From NCBI RefSeq assembly GCF_009834535.1, contig NC_045698.1, positions 11,782,001 through 11,846,000 of the forward strand: DNA of 64,000 bases. Direction: 5' to 3'. Source of the stretch: Camelus ferus. Lineage: Eukaryota. Made by a program: the position numbers and the translations under genes. Positions 26,391 through 39,599 of this stretch are shown piece by piece (positions within the stretch are counted from its first letter, which is position 1; each line of letters begins with the position of its first letter). A model generated the notes under the pieces. The model did no database searches. It saw nothing but the letters and a program-made list of their open reading frames with translations, and was not told the DNA's origin.

Positions 26391-27694
26391 TCATAATTAA
26401 TTATTTAGGCAAATGCACCTGTGTGAGACTTCACTGTTTATTTGATTAAAGCATAGACATTATGAAGTTAGAAGTCTGCTTGTAGACTTCAGTCTGGTAG
26501 AACTACGACTCTAATCATGATACTTTTATGGTCCCATAAGAGTCTCACCAATTTTTTATCTATTAGAAAATTTATTTCTGCATTCCTTTGGCTTTCTGAT
26601 TCTATCAGTCTCTGTTTCATGAATTTTTGTTTGAATCAGCCTTCTGATCCTGCCGGTTCCCTCCTTCATTCATAAGAGCTCAGCTTTTGACACGTGCTCA
26701 TTCTATATTTGAACAAGGACAGTGTTTTTAACATCCCAAAAATTAGACTTTGTTTTGGAGATGGTTGTACACATCCAAGTGGACTCCTGAGCCAGAACCA
26801 ATTCAACTGTGCTGGCCAGGAAGTTTTCCTCATGGGCCCGTCTTTTCTAGGCCCCTGAGCAGTTCTCCAGCGGCACTAGAACTGTATTTCGGCTGTTTCT
26901 TCTCTCTCTCTCTCTTTTTTTAACCTGTTGCCAAGTCCTTTCTTTTGCTTCCAAATCTGGACTAAATTTGATTCTGCTTCTGGTTTGTGTGGAAATCTGC
27001 AAGTTCTCCTTGTGTCTGTGCGGTTACGTGTTTACACGTAGCTGATGAGTTGTTAGAATGATGGCTGGGAACCTGGTTTCATAGTTTGACCATTTGGTGA
27101 AAGACGGCAGTTTCCAGTTTGTTAGTCTTTTCAGATATTTTGTCTACATGGGATCTCAAATCAATTAACAGAGAATAAGCTTTTTGGGGGAGAGCTAGAC
27201 TGGTGAGGCTTTGTGTTTCTGTGCTGTCTCTGACCCGTGAGACTGGGCTTGTGTGACTGGGACCACAAGCTCTTTGGATCGCTGGGTGACTGACTGTAAC
27301 CTTTACCACCCCTTAAATATTCTCCTGTCTCCAGAGGTTATTGTTAGATTTTAACACCTTTTAAATTAAAAACCTCTGTTCTGATTGGTTTATAGAAATA
27401 ACATATGTTCTTGTTGAAACCAATTATTTAAAATTAATAAAAAAAATCAGTTATTTGCCAAAATTTCCAGAAAATAAAGAAACAGTTTCTAATATTTTAT
27501 TATGTTAGCCTTTTAAGTAAAACAAAAACAAAAACGAACTTATAGGAGAAACAGCCGGCTCAGAATTTTTAACATAGAAACTTGAGTTCCCATATGTAAG
27601 GTGAATCTTTGACAAGTCAGACTTGTTTTAATAATTTTGATTAAAAAAAACAATAGCAACTATATGTCTCTTCCCTGAAGTTATCACTTTGGCA

Positions 27695-27843
27695 TGGGGC
27701 CAGGAAAGTTTTAGACAATTTTTTTTAACAGACACAAGAAGGAAAATGAGAAAACACTCTTACAAAAATATGTATGTATGTTCATGACTGGGACATTGTG
27801 CTGTACACCAGAAATTGAAACATTGTAACTGACTTGCTTTGAT

Positions 27844-27884
<41 letters not shown>

Positions 27885-28098
27885 CGATCGATCGATAAGA
27901 AAAGAAAGAAAACACTCAGAGGAAACTGTAGACAAGGTGCAATTTAAACATGCAGACGCAGATGCAGTGTTGGGTAGGAGAAAAGAAAGGCTTTCTAAGC
28001 AAAGGGAACTCTGAATGGAAGCAGAGCAAACATTTGGAACATGTGAGGGATCTATAAAACTTATAACCACGGGGAAAGTAAGGTGGGACCAGATGGTA
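27695..28098. repeat. left arm of local inverted duplication (partner 29960-30206)
   Basis: reverse complement of 29960-30206 matches, including exact 'ggagaaaagaaaggctttctaagcaaagggaactctgaa' and 'ggggaaagtaaggtgggaccagatggta'. Confidence 0.92.
27760..27906 (+). mobile_element. very short L1 3' end with (GATA)n tail
   Basis: 'gtgctgtacaccagaaattgaaacattgtaactgac'; TSD agaaaacactc at 27749-27759 and 27907-27917. Confidence 0.85.
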
Positions 28099-29639
28099 TT
28101 TGGTATTTTGGTAGTTTTTTTTAATTTGACTTTGTTTTCTCATGAAGAGAATAGTACATCTGATTTCCCAAATGACTTACATTGGTTTATTGATCAGGTA
28201 ATAACATTCTACATAATGTTTAGGAATGTAAAAAATATTAACTTATGTGTCCAACTAAACATGATTCTAACATTTTGAGAATTATGTTTTGCAATTTTGT
28301 AGTATATCAATTCGAACAGAATTTCTAAGGTTTTTAGATAACATTACATCTTAGATTATAACTAAACTAAGTTAGTTAATGAAGTGTCTTTGAATATCAG
28401 GACAATTTCTTTGTCAGACAGAACACTGAAACATAGGTAAGTAAGCATTGTATACACACACAATATTTGTATATACCAAATATACACATCCCATTACATA
28501 TATTATATACATGTAACTCTGCTTCAGCAATCTGTGAAAATCAGAAGAGGCTAGGGAAGCTCAAATGATTCCAGATATGATGATGGACGAGGGACACCAG
28601 GACACCTGCCCCCCCTAAGAAGAATGGGTGGAATTAATTGACTGCATGGCCTTAATCCTCCTCCAATGGCTGGTAGATGAGGAAGGTAAATGTCTAAGAA
28701 GCAGACAACTGGACATGCACGTTCATAGCAGAAGGAAACCATCAAGAAACAGAGTACTGACCACACCACTGGACACGCAGATGAATGTGTCTGTCTAAAC
28801 GAGGGTTGCTTTGTGTCCTTACAAATGAATGAGGTCTTGCTGGAATATATCTATACACACACACATCCCAGAGGTATAGCATTCTAAGTATTCTATAGCT
28901 TAGAAAAATAAAGAGCAAGAGTGTCTCGAGTTGGGATTCTCATTAGCGCAGAAGCAGAAAACTTCGTGAAAGCAGAGGGCTAATCCGAGATCCTCAGCAT
29001 AGGAGTTATTACACAGGACTGAAGGAATTGATGAGTGAATGGTGTTAGCATTGATTTCAATGTTCCATTTTCTCACAGACTTAAAATAGAGTCTATTCTC
29101 TTTCTTTCTTCTGCTGCTATCCAAGTTCAGGGACAAAGTTATTCTGCCAAGACTCTCCCTCCCCTCAGCGCATTTCCTTCCATCCCCAAAACACTTCCCC
29201 TTGTTTTTCCTGCACCCCATTCATAATGCCTATGGCCAAGAGATATTGACCAGGACACAGACTGGCTTGAAAAGAACCCAAGTTTGGGGTACTCAACTGA
29301 TGAGATTCCATCCAGACCTCTGCTGTCTGGACTAGTGTATTTCCAAAGACCACCAGCCTCATTGTATGATGGTTATTATCTAAACGTCCTTCTCTCACAA
29401 AAGAAAAAATATATTTTGGAAAACAATTTTTTCATTTTTCTATAATTTGACATAAAAACAGAAGTTATTTCAAATGAAATAATTTATAGAAAACCCTTCT
29501 TTTGAGGGATATTCAAGTTTATTAATAAGATAATCATCATAGTAAGTCATTATAATGACAAAGCAGAAAACACCTGCTGCTTTTCTTAGGCTTCCGATAT
29601 GAGGATTCCAGCCTCACAGTTATTTTTTAACTCTTTTTC

Positions 29640-30370
29640 CTTTCTTACCAGCCCTTCCCATCCCATAAACACATTCAAGTGTTTGACCTACTACTGAATT
29701 AGCATACCTATTTCCGCCTGATTCTCCATTCCTACTGCCACAATTTAGCTAAGATCAGAATTACATTGAACTTCATGTGCTGATATTGTCCTGACCCATC
29801 TGCTTTACCCCAGTCACATCCCTCCTTCAACCTTACTTCCCTCATCCCATTCCCAATAGTCTGCAGCCTTAATTACCCACACAAAATCTAGCTATAATCA
29901 TACAACTACTCTGCTCACAGATTAAAACTCAAATCCTATCACGGAATTACAAGACCGTCTACCATCTGGTCCCACCTTACTTTCCCCTTGTTTTAAATCT
30001 TATAGATCCCTCTCACTTTCCAAACATTCTCTTTGCTTCTGTTCAGAGTTCCCTTTGCTTAGAAAGCCTTTCTTTTCTCCCACCCAGCACCCCATCTGCA
30101 TTTGCATGTTTAAATTAAACATTGTCCACAATTTCCTCTAAGATTGTTTTCTGATCCTTCTTCTTATGTCTGTTGAGAAAAATTGTCTAAAGCTTTCCTG
30201 GTCCCTGGAAACACTGATTGTAACCTTCTGCTCTGTGTAAGATCATTTACTCCTCCTCCTTTCTGCTTGGTGTCAATGGATTTCTTTGAACCAACACTGT
30301 CTCTACATTGATCGTTAAGCTTTAATTCTTGTAGGAGAGTTAGAATACTTTTTTCTGTTTCCCATTATCT
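29640..30370 (+). mobile_element. L2 fragment containing the right arm (29960-30206) of the inverted duplication
   Basis: 'ttctccattcctactgccac', 'aaaactcaaatccta...acaagacc...catctggtcccacctta'. Confidence 0.6.
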
Positions 30371-30690
30371 CCACTGATTTTTTGCGGGGGGGATTCAGGA
30401 TTTAGAATGACATCACCAAGAAATGTCATTTAGGAATTCCCGCATGAAAACACTACTTCCACAGTGTCATGTGTAATAGGCTCATATAAAGATTATTTAA
30501 TTATCTCAGAGAACACCTGCATTTGACTTGGCTGTTTACAATTAATTAAAGACTTAGACTCTGTGAAATTATGTTTTCTTGTACATTTTACTCTGGTAGA
30601 AAACATAATTCTCAATGTTATGATTTACTGCCCTGTAGACCTTAACCAATTTTGCATCTAACCTACCTGGCATATTCTAACATTCTTTTT

Positions 30691-31329
30691 TTTAAAATTG
30701 AAGTACAACCAGTTACAATATGTCAATTTCTGGTGTACAGCACAATGTCCTAGTCATACATATACGTATACATATATATATATATTCATTTTCATATTCT
30801 TTTTCATTAAAAGTTATTACAAGGTATTGAACATAGTTTCCTGTGCTATACAGAAGAAACTTTTTTTAACTCTATTTTTATATATAGTGGCTAACATTTG
30901 TAAATCTCAAAGTCCCAGATTTTTATCTTCCCATCCCCTTTCCCCGGTAACCATAAGATTGTTTACTATGTCTGTGAGTCTGTTTCTGTTTTGTAGATGA
31001 CTTCATAATGTCTTTTTTTTTTTTTTCAGATTCCACGTATAAGTGATATCATATGGTATTTTTCTTTCTTTTTCTGGCTTACTTTATTTAGAATGACAAT
31101 CTCTAGGTCCATCCGTGTTGCCGCAAATGACATTATTTTATTCTTTTTTATGGCTGGGTAGTATTCCACTGTATAAATATTCCACAACTGCTTTATCTAT
31201 TCATCTGTTGATGGACATTTAGGTTGTTTCCATGTCTTGGCTATCGTAAATAGTGCTGCTATGAACATTGGGGTGCATGTATCTTTTTGAATTAGACTTC
31301 ACTCCAGATATATATATATATATATGTAT
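30691..31329 (-). mobile_element. young 5'-truncated L1
   Basis: TSD atattctaacattcttttt at 30672-30690 and 31330-31348; (AT)n at the 5' junction. Confidence 0.93.
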
Positions 31330-32139
31330 ATATTCTAACATTCTTTTCTCAAAGTGCCAATAAAGACCCAGTTCCTCAAAATGCTCTTTGGATCAGCTTT
31401 ATCAATTTAATGGGCTCCTCATGAATGACTTAATAAAACTCTAACTCATGTCATTCCATATTTGCATGAGAATCATGTTTTTAACTTTTTTTAGAAATTA
31501 TACTTTAACACTATCATTTGGCAGTGCTTTATATGATTCCTCTTAATTTCCACAAATCTGCTTCACTCGTGGTTTTCTGTGCTACTCATTCTATTAAACT
31601 CTCAGCTCCTGGATGGCAGGGCCCTGGAAAATTTCGTGTTTGAATTCTCTAGAGACTTTATACAGTGTCTTACTAAAGGCAGATGCCCAATATCTGATAA
31701 ATCTAAGGGAAAGTATAAATGAAAAACTGACTCTTTTATAAGAAACCATTTTAATTGGCAAAGTTGTTTTTAAATATCTATTCAAAAGCATAGATTCCTT
31801 CCATATACTTTACAAGAAACAAGACTCCAGAAGCCCTCAATGAGCATGCTAGATTTGGTATATTCTTTTAATTTAAAAAAAGTTGTCTTCTAAAGAGCTA
31901 TAATTATCACTAAGGGGAAAGACCCAGTATCTTCAATACCATGCCTTTAATATTTGTTCTTATAAATAACAAATCATGTCACTCAAAGTAAGTGATCATA
32001 AGTAATAAAAAACAATAATCACTGAAAGCACATTGGAAAATTTCCAACATAATTTTTGTATAACAAAACAAAGCTCTCTGATTACTGTTTTAAAACAATG
32101 ATTGCAATCATTTCATGTCTTTCTTTTTTAAAACTTCAC

Positions 32140-32650
32140 TTTACATAAAGTTCTCGAAGCCTGAGACCACCTGAGCCAACCAACATAACTCGGCATTGAG
32201 ACTGAGAACCAAGAATTACCTGGAGCATTGAGTCCATGTTAACATGACCCAGTTGCTCCAGGTAATTCATGCCCAAGAAAATAAGACTGTAAACCAATAA
32301 TTAACTTCACCATTTGCTTCAGGAAATCCTTGCAAGCCAATTTATCAAGGCAAACAATTTGCTCATCTGGACAAACAGCTCTCCCATCAAAATGAGTTGC
32401 TTACTTTATGCACATAGTTTGCTCATTAGAACCTTCCTTTGCTATGGTCACCAATCCTATATTTTCATGTCCTGGGCCTTAACCAATCCTACTCGGTTCC
32501 TATGTTGAAAGAGCATCTTAAAACACTTGGTCCAAACCTTAAACCCTTATGAATAAAAATCTCCTTCCCTAACTTCTTTCTTTTAAGATAAGGTAATGAT
32601 CTCCTTTGCAGCAGGAAGTTTAGTGAATTTGGCTTTGCTTAGTCAACTGA
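32140..32650 (+). mobile_element. ERV1-type (MER34-like) LTR, degenerate
   Basis: repeated ccaatc boxes, 'tcaggaaatccttgc', 3' 'tttagtgaatttggctttgcttagtcaac'. Confidence 0.55.
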
Positions 32651-33591
32651 TCTTGGGCAAGACATGCAATATCATGGGAGAATTATTTAGTACTTAAAAA
32701 ACTAAGGTAGTAGTGAACTTCATGATCGTTTTCAATTATTCTTTTGTAAGTTGCTAATACTGAATACTGCATGTTAAAAGACAGAGTTAGACCACTTAAG
32801 GATGCTTCGAGTTTATAGATAAACAATGTCATAGAAATGTAATCTGAACTGTGCTAGGCAAGTGGTGTGTCCGTCTTGTGCTTCTATAGGACCATGCAAT
32901 GCCTCCCATAAGGAAGATGGAAACATGAATGAGTTCTAAAATGTTTGGGCAATCCATCTTACCCACTCAATATTTACTGCTCAGAATTGGCTCCAGGCAA
33001 AATTTTGGAACAGACACAGTGAAATTTATCAGTGAAATTTCCATTTTCCTTTCTTTGTAGTTTTTCTTCTCTCCACTCTTTCAGGAAACCAAAACCTTCC
33101 TGTCGGCTTCCCGCTTCCGTCACTCGCTGGCCGGGACCTTATCAGTTATTCACACCTGCTATGACTGGGTTTCCAACGAGGCTGATCTTCCCCGCTTCCT
33201 CTCATCCCCTGCCTTAAAATGCAGCCATTTACCTGTGCTGTCTCCTCCATTCTACATTCTCTCGAGGTATTTTCACTGGAAATTATTTTCGTCTATTGAG
33301 AAAATAAAAAGACTTATCCCAAGCTAAAGGAATTTTAGAAAAAAAAAACTAAGAAAACTTTGGCAGGACGAGGGAATTCCTTACATTCATTTGTTTTCAT
33401 GTGTCCTTGTAGTTTGTAAGAAAGCCCGGTTTTACTGACACTGACACTATTGTAGTGGAATGGGCAAAAATACCCAGTAAGAAGAGTAAGTTAAGATACT
33501 GTAAGAAGCAACAAAATAAATCCAGAGGGTGTGACATTCTGGAGGATGACATCAACAATTCAGTGTCATGGAAAAGAATCGTTTTCTAGAT

Positions 33592-33797
33592 CAGGAGTCA
33601 GCAAATCTTTTCTGCAAAGTGCCAGACAGTAAATATTTTAGACTTTGTGGACCACACGGCCTCTGTCACAACGACTAAATTCTGTCTTTATAGAGTGAAA
33701 GCGGCCGTGGACAACACTTAAATAAATGAAAGTCTCTGTGTTCCCATAAAACTTTAGTTACAAAAACAGGCAACTTGATGGATTTGGCCTACAACCC
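33592..33797 (+). mobile_element. MER58A-like hAT fossil within an old L1 3' remnant
   Basis: 'caggagtcagcaaatcttttctgcaaagtgccagacagtaaatattt'; flanks ttctagat / gtctagat. Confidence 0.85.
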
Positions 33798-35760
33798 GTC
33801 TAGATTACAGGCTTAAAACACCAGGATACAATATGTACAGTACTGATTGAGATTCTTCTCGGAAAAGCCAAGATGTAAAGACAGTTTGGATAGAATTGGG
33901 GCAATTTGATATGATTTGGATACTAGATGAGATAATTTTACTTACATGGAAAAATAGGAAATGTTAACTAACAAAAAGATCACTCCCTACACACTGTACA
34001 TCAAACTATTTCATTTGTCAAAAAGTGCATATGTATAAAATCTAAAGCTATATTCATTATAGTGCTTTTTGTGTTGGGAATATAATGTTTTAGATTCCTT
34101 ATTTTTATTTTAAATTTTTTACAATTTATATTCACTGATACTGCAGTAGTAAAAATTCATTTTTAATTAAGAAAAGACAGAAGATAATTATATACTCAAA
34201 ATCTTAAACAAATTAGTATATTCCTCAAGTGATGAAAATGAAGAAAGACTTAAAATTGCAGCTTTTAATTTTTGTAGAATTTTTATGATAGGAATATAAA
34301 TAAGCCAATCTTATTTTAACATGTATTTTGTAGAATGAACTAAAACCAAGATGATTCCACAAATAAATGTCTTCAATGGTTTTAGATTTCATTTCTAATT
34401 TTTGATGGTTTTTGGAACTGTCCTCAAGAGAATGAGAAATAGACTTTACACAAACTTGTGACTTATAAATCACATTTATTACTGCCCATAGGAAATTTCA
34501 TGCTTAATGTATGCAGTGAATTATGTGTGGCAATAAATGTGTGTCATTACAATATATATATATAGCTATTAACTCTGGATTTTACATTTTATTAAAGGAA
34601 TTCGGTAATGCATTTCTAAGTGGTTGTCATTTAGCATATCTGAGACTAAATTTATACAAGGTAAGTGTTTCTGAGTAAAGTATATTATTTGCCTCAATTA
34701 GTTTTTGATTTTTTAAAATTTATTTCGATCTTACTGTAATAACTTTGAGACTATAAATGCAATATTTGCATAAGCACATTTGCTTGGGGTCAGGCACTTC
34801 ATATAAAAATGTAGTAGAGAGTTAAAAGAGTCCCCAGGTCAGATGATGACAACTCACCGTACAAATGCTAAGGGTGCTTTCCCCACACCACGGAATAGTG
34901 GTTTCCACACCAGTACAACGAATCTTCTTAGATAACACGTTAGACCTCTGTGGACGTCCATTTCCTCATTGAAATGAGCAAATTTTGATGATCGAAAGGC
35001 TCACTTAGAGCTGATATGCTAAAGCTTACTAATTGTGTATCACTCATTCTTCTTTCATTTTCCTTTTTTTTTTTTTTTTGATGGATGAAAGAATAAACAC
35101 TACAATAAACACAGGGTAGCTGGCTCCTTGTCCCCCAGCCCCAAAGCTCTCATGTCATCCTCTATTTGTCCAAAGCCACCCTTCTCAACCCTGCCATCCT
35201 TCTGTCCTGAGAGGTCAGGTTCTGGTTTGCTCTTTTGCCAGCTCTCCAGGGCCCGCCTGGTCTCTCCATTTGCATCCCTACATGCACAACTGAAGAATGA
35301 TTGTAAGTTTCCTCTCCGGCATCCTCTTCTGAAAAGTCTCTGTACCTGGTGAACTCAGGCTAAGGTCAGATATGACGGCAAGGGCAATAGGTTGGGGTTG
35401 TAAATCCTGATTGTCAAACCTTAAATCTCATGCTGTTAAGCTTTACACAATGAGACCACCACACTAGGAATTCTTCAATTCTTCTCCCAATTGCCCTCTT
35501 CCAGCCTGTGCTCCAGTTTCTATTTTATTCCTTTGACAACTTAGCCCATGAGCAATCCATATCTAGTTATTTGACACTTGGAGCAGATAATTTTTAATGG
35601 CCCTCTCCTCTATAAGTAAAAAATAATCATAATGGCCAGAATAGCAAAAGAGACAGTGAAAATTTTCTCTTATAAAGCTTTGCATGTACAATCCTGCCAC
35701 AAGATTAAAATTATAAAAAAAAAAAATAAAATTGCAGTAGAAAATGGGAAAAAAAATTAC

Positions 35761-36137
35761 TGTTTGAGTTGAATTGTGTCTCCTCAAAAGATATGGTTCC
35801 AGGGCCATCTTGGAAGATGTAATTAAGTGAAGCATCTCAAAATGAGATTATTCTGGATTAACTGGATGACCCCTAAATCCAATAATAAATGTCCTTACAA
35901 GAAGAAAGAAACACACAGACACAGGGGAGAAGGCTATAAGAAGATGGAGGTGGACACTGGAAGGACTGCCAGCGGCCATAAGAATCCAGGAGAGGCATGG
36001 AACAGATCTGCTCTCAGAGCCCTGGAAAAGAATCGTCCCTGCCAACAGCTTGATTTCAGATTTCTCGCCCCCAGAGCTGGGAGAAAATAAATGCCTGTTG
36101 TTTTAAGCCACCCAGTTTGTGGTAGGAAACTAATACA
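35761..36137 (+). mobile_element. MaLR (MLT1B/C-like) solo LTR
   Basis: 'tgtttgagttgaattgtgtctcctcaaaa' ... 'aataaatgcctgttgttttaagccacccagtttgtgg' ... 'aactaataca'. Confidence 0.88.
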
Positions 36138-37169
36138 GTCCTGAATCAGTACTTTTTATTACAAAAAATATATTCTTTGAAAAAGGACAAAAGATTTGTG
36201 CCTACATATTGATCTATCACAGTCATGAATAATAGCAAAACAGTTTCTATTTTCAAACCTTGATTTTGCAAATTTTGTCAATGACTTCATCAATATCGAT
36301 CTTCATGCATCCATATTCCAAACACAGCATAATCAGATCTGTCCATCTTTTCTCAAACATAGTTAATTGAATCACACTTTTTATTTATTTTCTTTTAGAA
36401 GGGTGTCTTTCACATTAAGCCACAGACCTATAAGTAGTTAGAAAAAGTCTTAAATGCAAGAATAAGCTTGGTACAGATCCATTAAAATCCTATTTCACAA
36501 TAAATTCCAGAAACCACAACGCTCTCCATGTCTTTGCTATCCTTTCTATCAGCTTTTAAATGTCTCCCCTTCACCAAAAAATAAATAAATAAATAACAGA
36601 AATAAAAACTCCAAGTGGTCACATAGGGAGGCAGAATTACAGTATCTCAAGTTTCATCAGGGCTCTCACTGTTCACTTTGAATCTATTTACACACAAGAG
36701 CACGTGATACCAGAGGGGTAGAAGACACCAACCTTACACCTGCAGAGAGCCCCAGCAATTCCTGAAGCTTTACTCCAAAAGGAATGTGAGACTCCAAGTC
36801 TTGTCTGTGGTGCAAGCTGACTGTATAACTGAATTCTCCAATTTGGAGAATACATTTGTCGTTCAAGGAGAGAGAATTTAAGTGTGCTAATCTGAAGCAC
36901 CTTTTAACAATGGTAAGCACAGCAAATGTTTAGATCTTACACCAAGACCACATTTGGGGTGGGGAGGAGTAATAGATGATCTCTGACGTGGGTTGGAGTT
37001 GGCGACGCGTGGTGATAACATAGAGCAGACCAACCTTTAGTCCAGTGCGATTACTGTTTACAAGTTCTCTGTGGGCAATGTACGCTCTGATTTCCTGCAC
37101 CCTGAGTGGACCTCTCCCAATCCCCATCTTTGGCCATTGTCAGAAAGGGTAAGAAAAAGATGGACGTTG

Positions 37170-37476
37170 GATTCATTCCCTAGGGCTTGCTATAACGAAG
37201 TGTCACCAACTGGGTGGCTTAAAACAACAGAAATTGCCTCCCTCCGATCTCTGCCTCTGTCCTCACACGGTGCTCTCCCCATGTGTCTGTGCTTGCGTCC
37301 AGGTTTTCCTCTTTTCACAAGGACAACGGTCATTTTGGACTAAGTCCCACTGTAGGACCTCATCTTAACTCAGTTATATCTGCCAAGACCCTACTGCCAA
37401 ATAAGGTCACATTCCCAGGTTCCAGGGGTTAGGATTTCAACATATGTTTCGGAGGGGACACAATTCAACACACAAC
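37170..37476 (-). mobile_element. MaLR (MLT1-like) LTR, internally deleted
   Basis: 'aactgggtggcttaaaacaacagaaatt', 'ccaaataaggtcacattc', end 'ggacacaattcaacacacaaca'. Confidence 0.85.
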
Positions 37477-38799
37477 AGAAGTTGACAATTTCTCAGCGCT
37501 TACTAACTGTGAAGCAGTTTGCTTTCTGTTTGGTGGAGAGATCACCTGGAGTAGCTTCTTACTGACCCTGCAGATGATTCATTGAGACGATAGCAATTCC
37601 TTTTTAGTGGCAATATACTCACGGGTGTACATCCTTTTTTATACCTATGTAAGAAAGATGTTTAAAAAAAACCTTGAATTTGGATTTCTTTAAGCCATTT
37701 AAAAAAGAGTCATGAAATTTTGTCTCATTCATTAACATATTTTCTTTTTCCTGAAGGTTCTTCTTTTTATTCCTATGTTATTGAAAATGCTTCTAAATCG
37801 CTTCCAACACTTTGCTTTATGCCAGTGTTCTGATTTTTTACCACATATATTTATCATTTTCCCTCTAAACTTTAATTTTTTGGATAATTTCTAGTCTTTT
37901 AAAAGTTACCAATAATTCATTTTTTAACTTAATCAAACTTTCTCATATATTTTTACTTCTCCATAAAGCCTTAGGTAATTAAAATAATTTTTTTTCTTGT
38001 CTAGCTTATCAAAAGTTTGGGAGGCCATTTGGCCTAAGTTATGACATTTTGTAAAACCCTTCCCTTCCTTCATATATAAATTTGTTATCCTTTTATACCT
38101 TGCTTCTCAATACCTCTTAAAGTCTCTGAACATCCTTATCTCTTTTCCCTCTTCCTCCTATTTTTTAATATAGAAACCTTGTCCATACTGTGTTGGATTC
38201 AGTATTATATAGATATTTATGTCCCTCAATTTTTCTTACTATTTCATCATTTTAGTCCCTATGTCCTTAACACTAAGAAGTGGAGGGCCCCCCAGCCAGA
38301 GAGAAGGCAGTCCATTCTGAGCATGGCTGTCTGCCAAGAGACCCCTGACTTCATCACATGATAAAAATAATATTACTGTCAGTTTATGGATATGTAATTT
38401 ACACGCTGAATACTGCCTTAAATGTTTGAGGAAGCTTGTAGAGAAATCAGATATTCAGTAATCACACTTACTGAGACAAAAAAAAAAACCTTTTGAGAAG
38501 TTTATCATGTGGATTCTTACTTGAATGACTTCAGATGTTTGCTTAGATAACAATTTTAAAGAAGATGAAGTGTTTTGCATGCCTGTACTTATGGTTCAAC
38601 CCCACCCTCACCCCCCACTTGAAATGAACATATAAAACTGTAATTAATTGAAGGCCTTTCTAGCTGGAACAATCAGATTTAACTCAGAGATGAAGCTTTT
38701 TCATGATCTAACATGGTGCAGGGTCTGAGAATAAGAACCCAGGAATCTGGGTGGCCCCTGTCTGGACTTCTGGAGAATTGAAGGCACTGAGAGTAAAGA

Positions 38800-39210
38800 T
38801 CAGTGTCCCAGCAGGAAACAGAACTCATCCTGGTTGAGTCAAATGCAAGGCTCTCATGAAGGGACTTCTCGCAGAGTTACGGGAAGGGTTGAGAAAGGGG
38901 CAGGAGCAGGAAGTCTTCTCAGTCCTAAGACTGGAGGGCGAGGGTAGGAATGAGTGTTGCAGGAGCCCAGTAAGAGTTGGAACCTTGGAGGAAGGACCAT
39001 GCTGTGGTCATGGAGGGAGTCAGGCACTGAGAGGGGCTCCTGAGGAATGGACGCACTGCCCTCTCTCTCCTTCCACCATCTGCGTCTCTGCCAGTGCTTC
39101 TTCTTGGCCAAACCCAACTGGAAGGGCAAAGGAGCCCCGGGGATGTAGTCCACAGGGACCAGTCTCTCAGAAAAATCAGGACAGAGGAGGCTAGAGGACA
39201 CCTCTGAGGG
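38800..39210. mobile_element. ERVL-type LTR, degenerate
   Basis: 'gtcccagcaggaaacagaactca...atgaagggac'. Confidence 0.45.
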
Positions 39211-39599
39211 GACAAACGGAGACTAGCCAGCTGACACTGAACCAGCTGGTTAGCAGGAGCCCTAAACTGGCTTCCACTTGTTCGTCTGTGGACTGGCACC
39301 ACCTTGGATCGCCTAGCCATGGCAATGGAAGCTGAATACATTAAAATTTTGAGCCAAGTTTAATTTCACACTGTGAAATTCACATTATTTAGAATTACTG
39401 AAAAACAGAAACCAAGAGTGAATAAAATACACATAAGGACTTGATCCACATCGGAGCCACTTTCAGAGGTCTCTGGGAGGTGGTGTGCATTTTTTTTTAA
39501 CTTAACTGGTGTCATCACTGATGGTTGTCTGATGGAAATGTACTTCTGATTACGTATTCCACCTCTGAAAACCATGTGAACACTATCAGGCAATTTTCA

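Larger units (their letters stand above)
26390..28450 (+). mobile_element. ERV1 (MER4-group-like) non-coding internal fragment, interrupted at ~27695-28098
   Basis: AT-rich ERV-internal-like sequence of the same style as 55.9-61.3 kb in reverse; no ORF; family uncertain. Confidence 0.5.

Noticed and set aside
32232..32250. p53 response element at catgttaacatg
   Set aside because: The CATG cores are 4 bp apart rather than the 6 bp of adjacent RRRCWWGYYY half-sites, and the flanks mismatch
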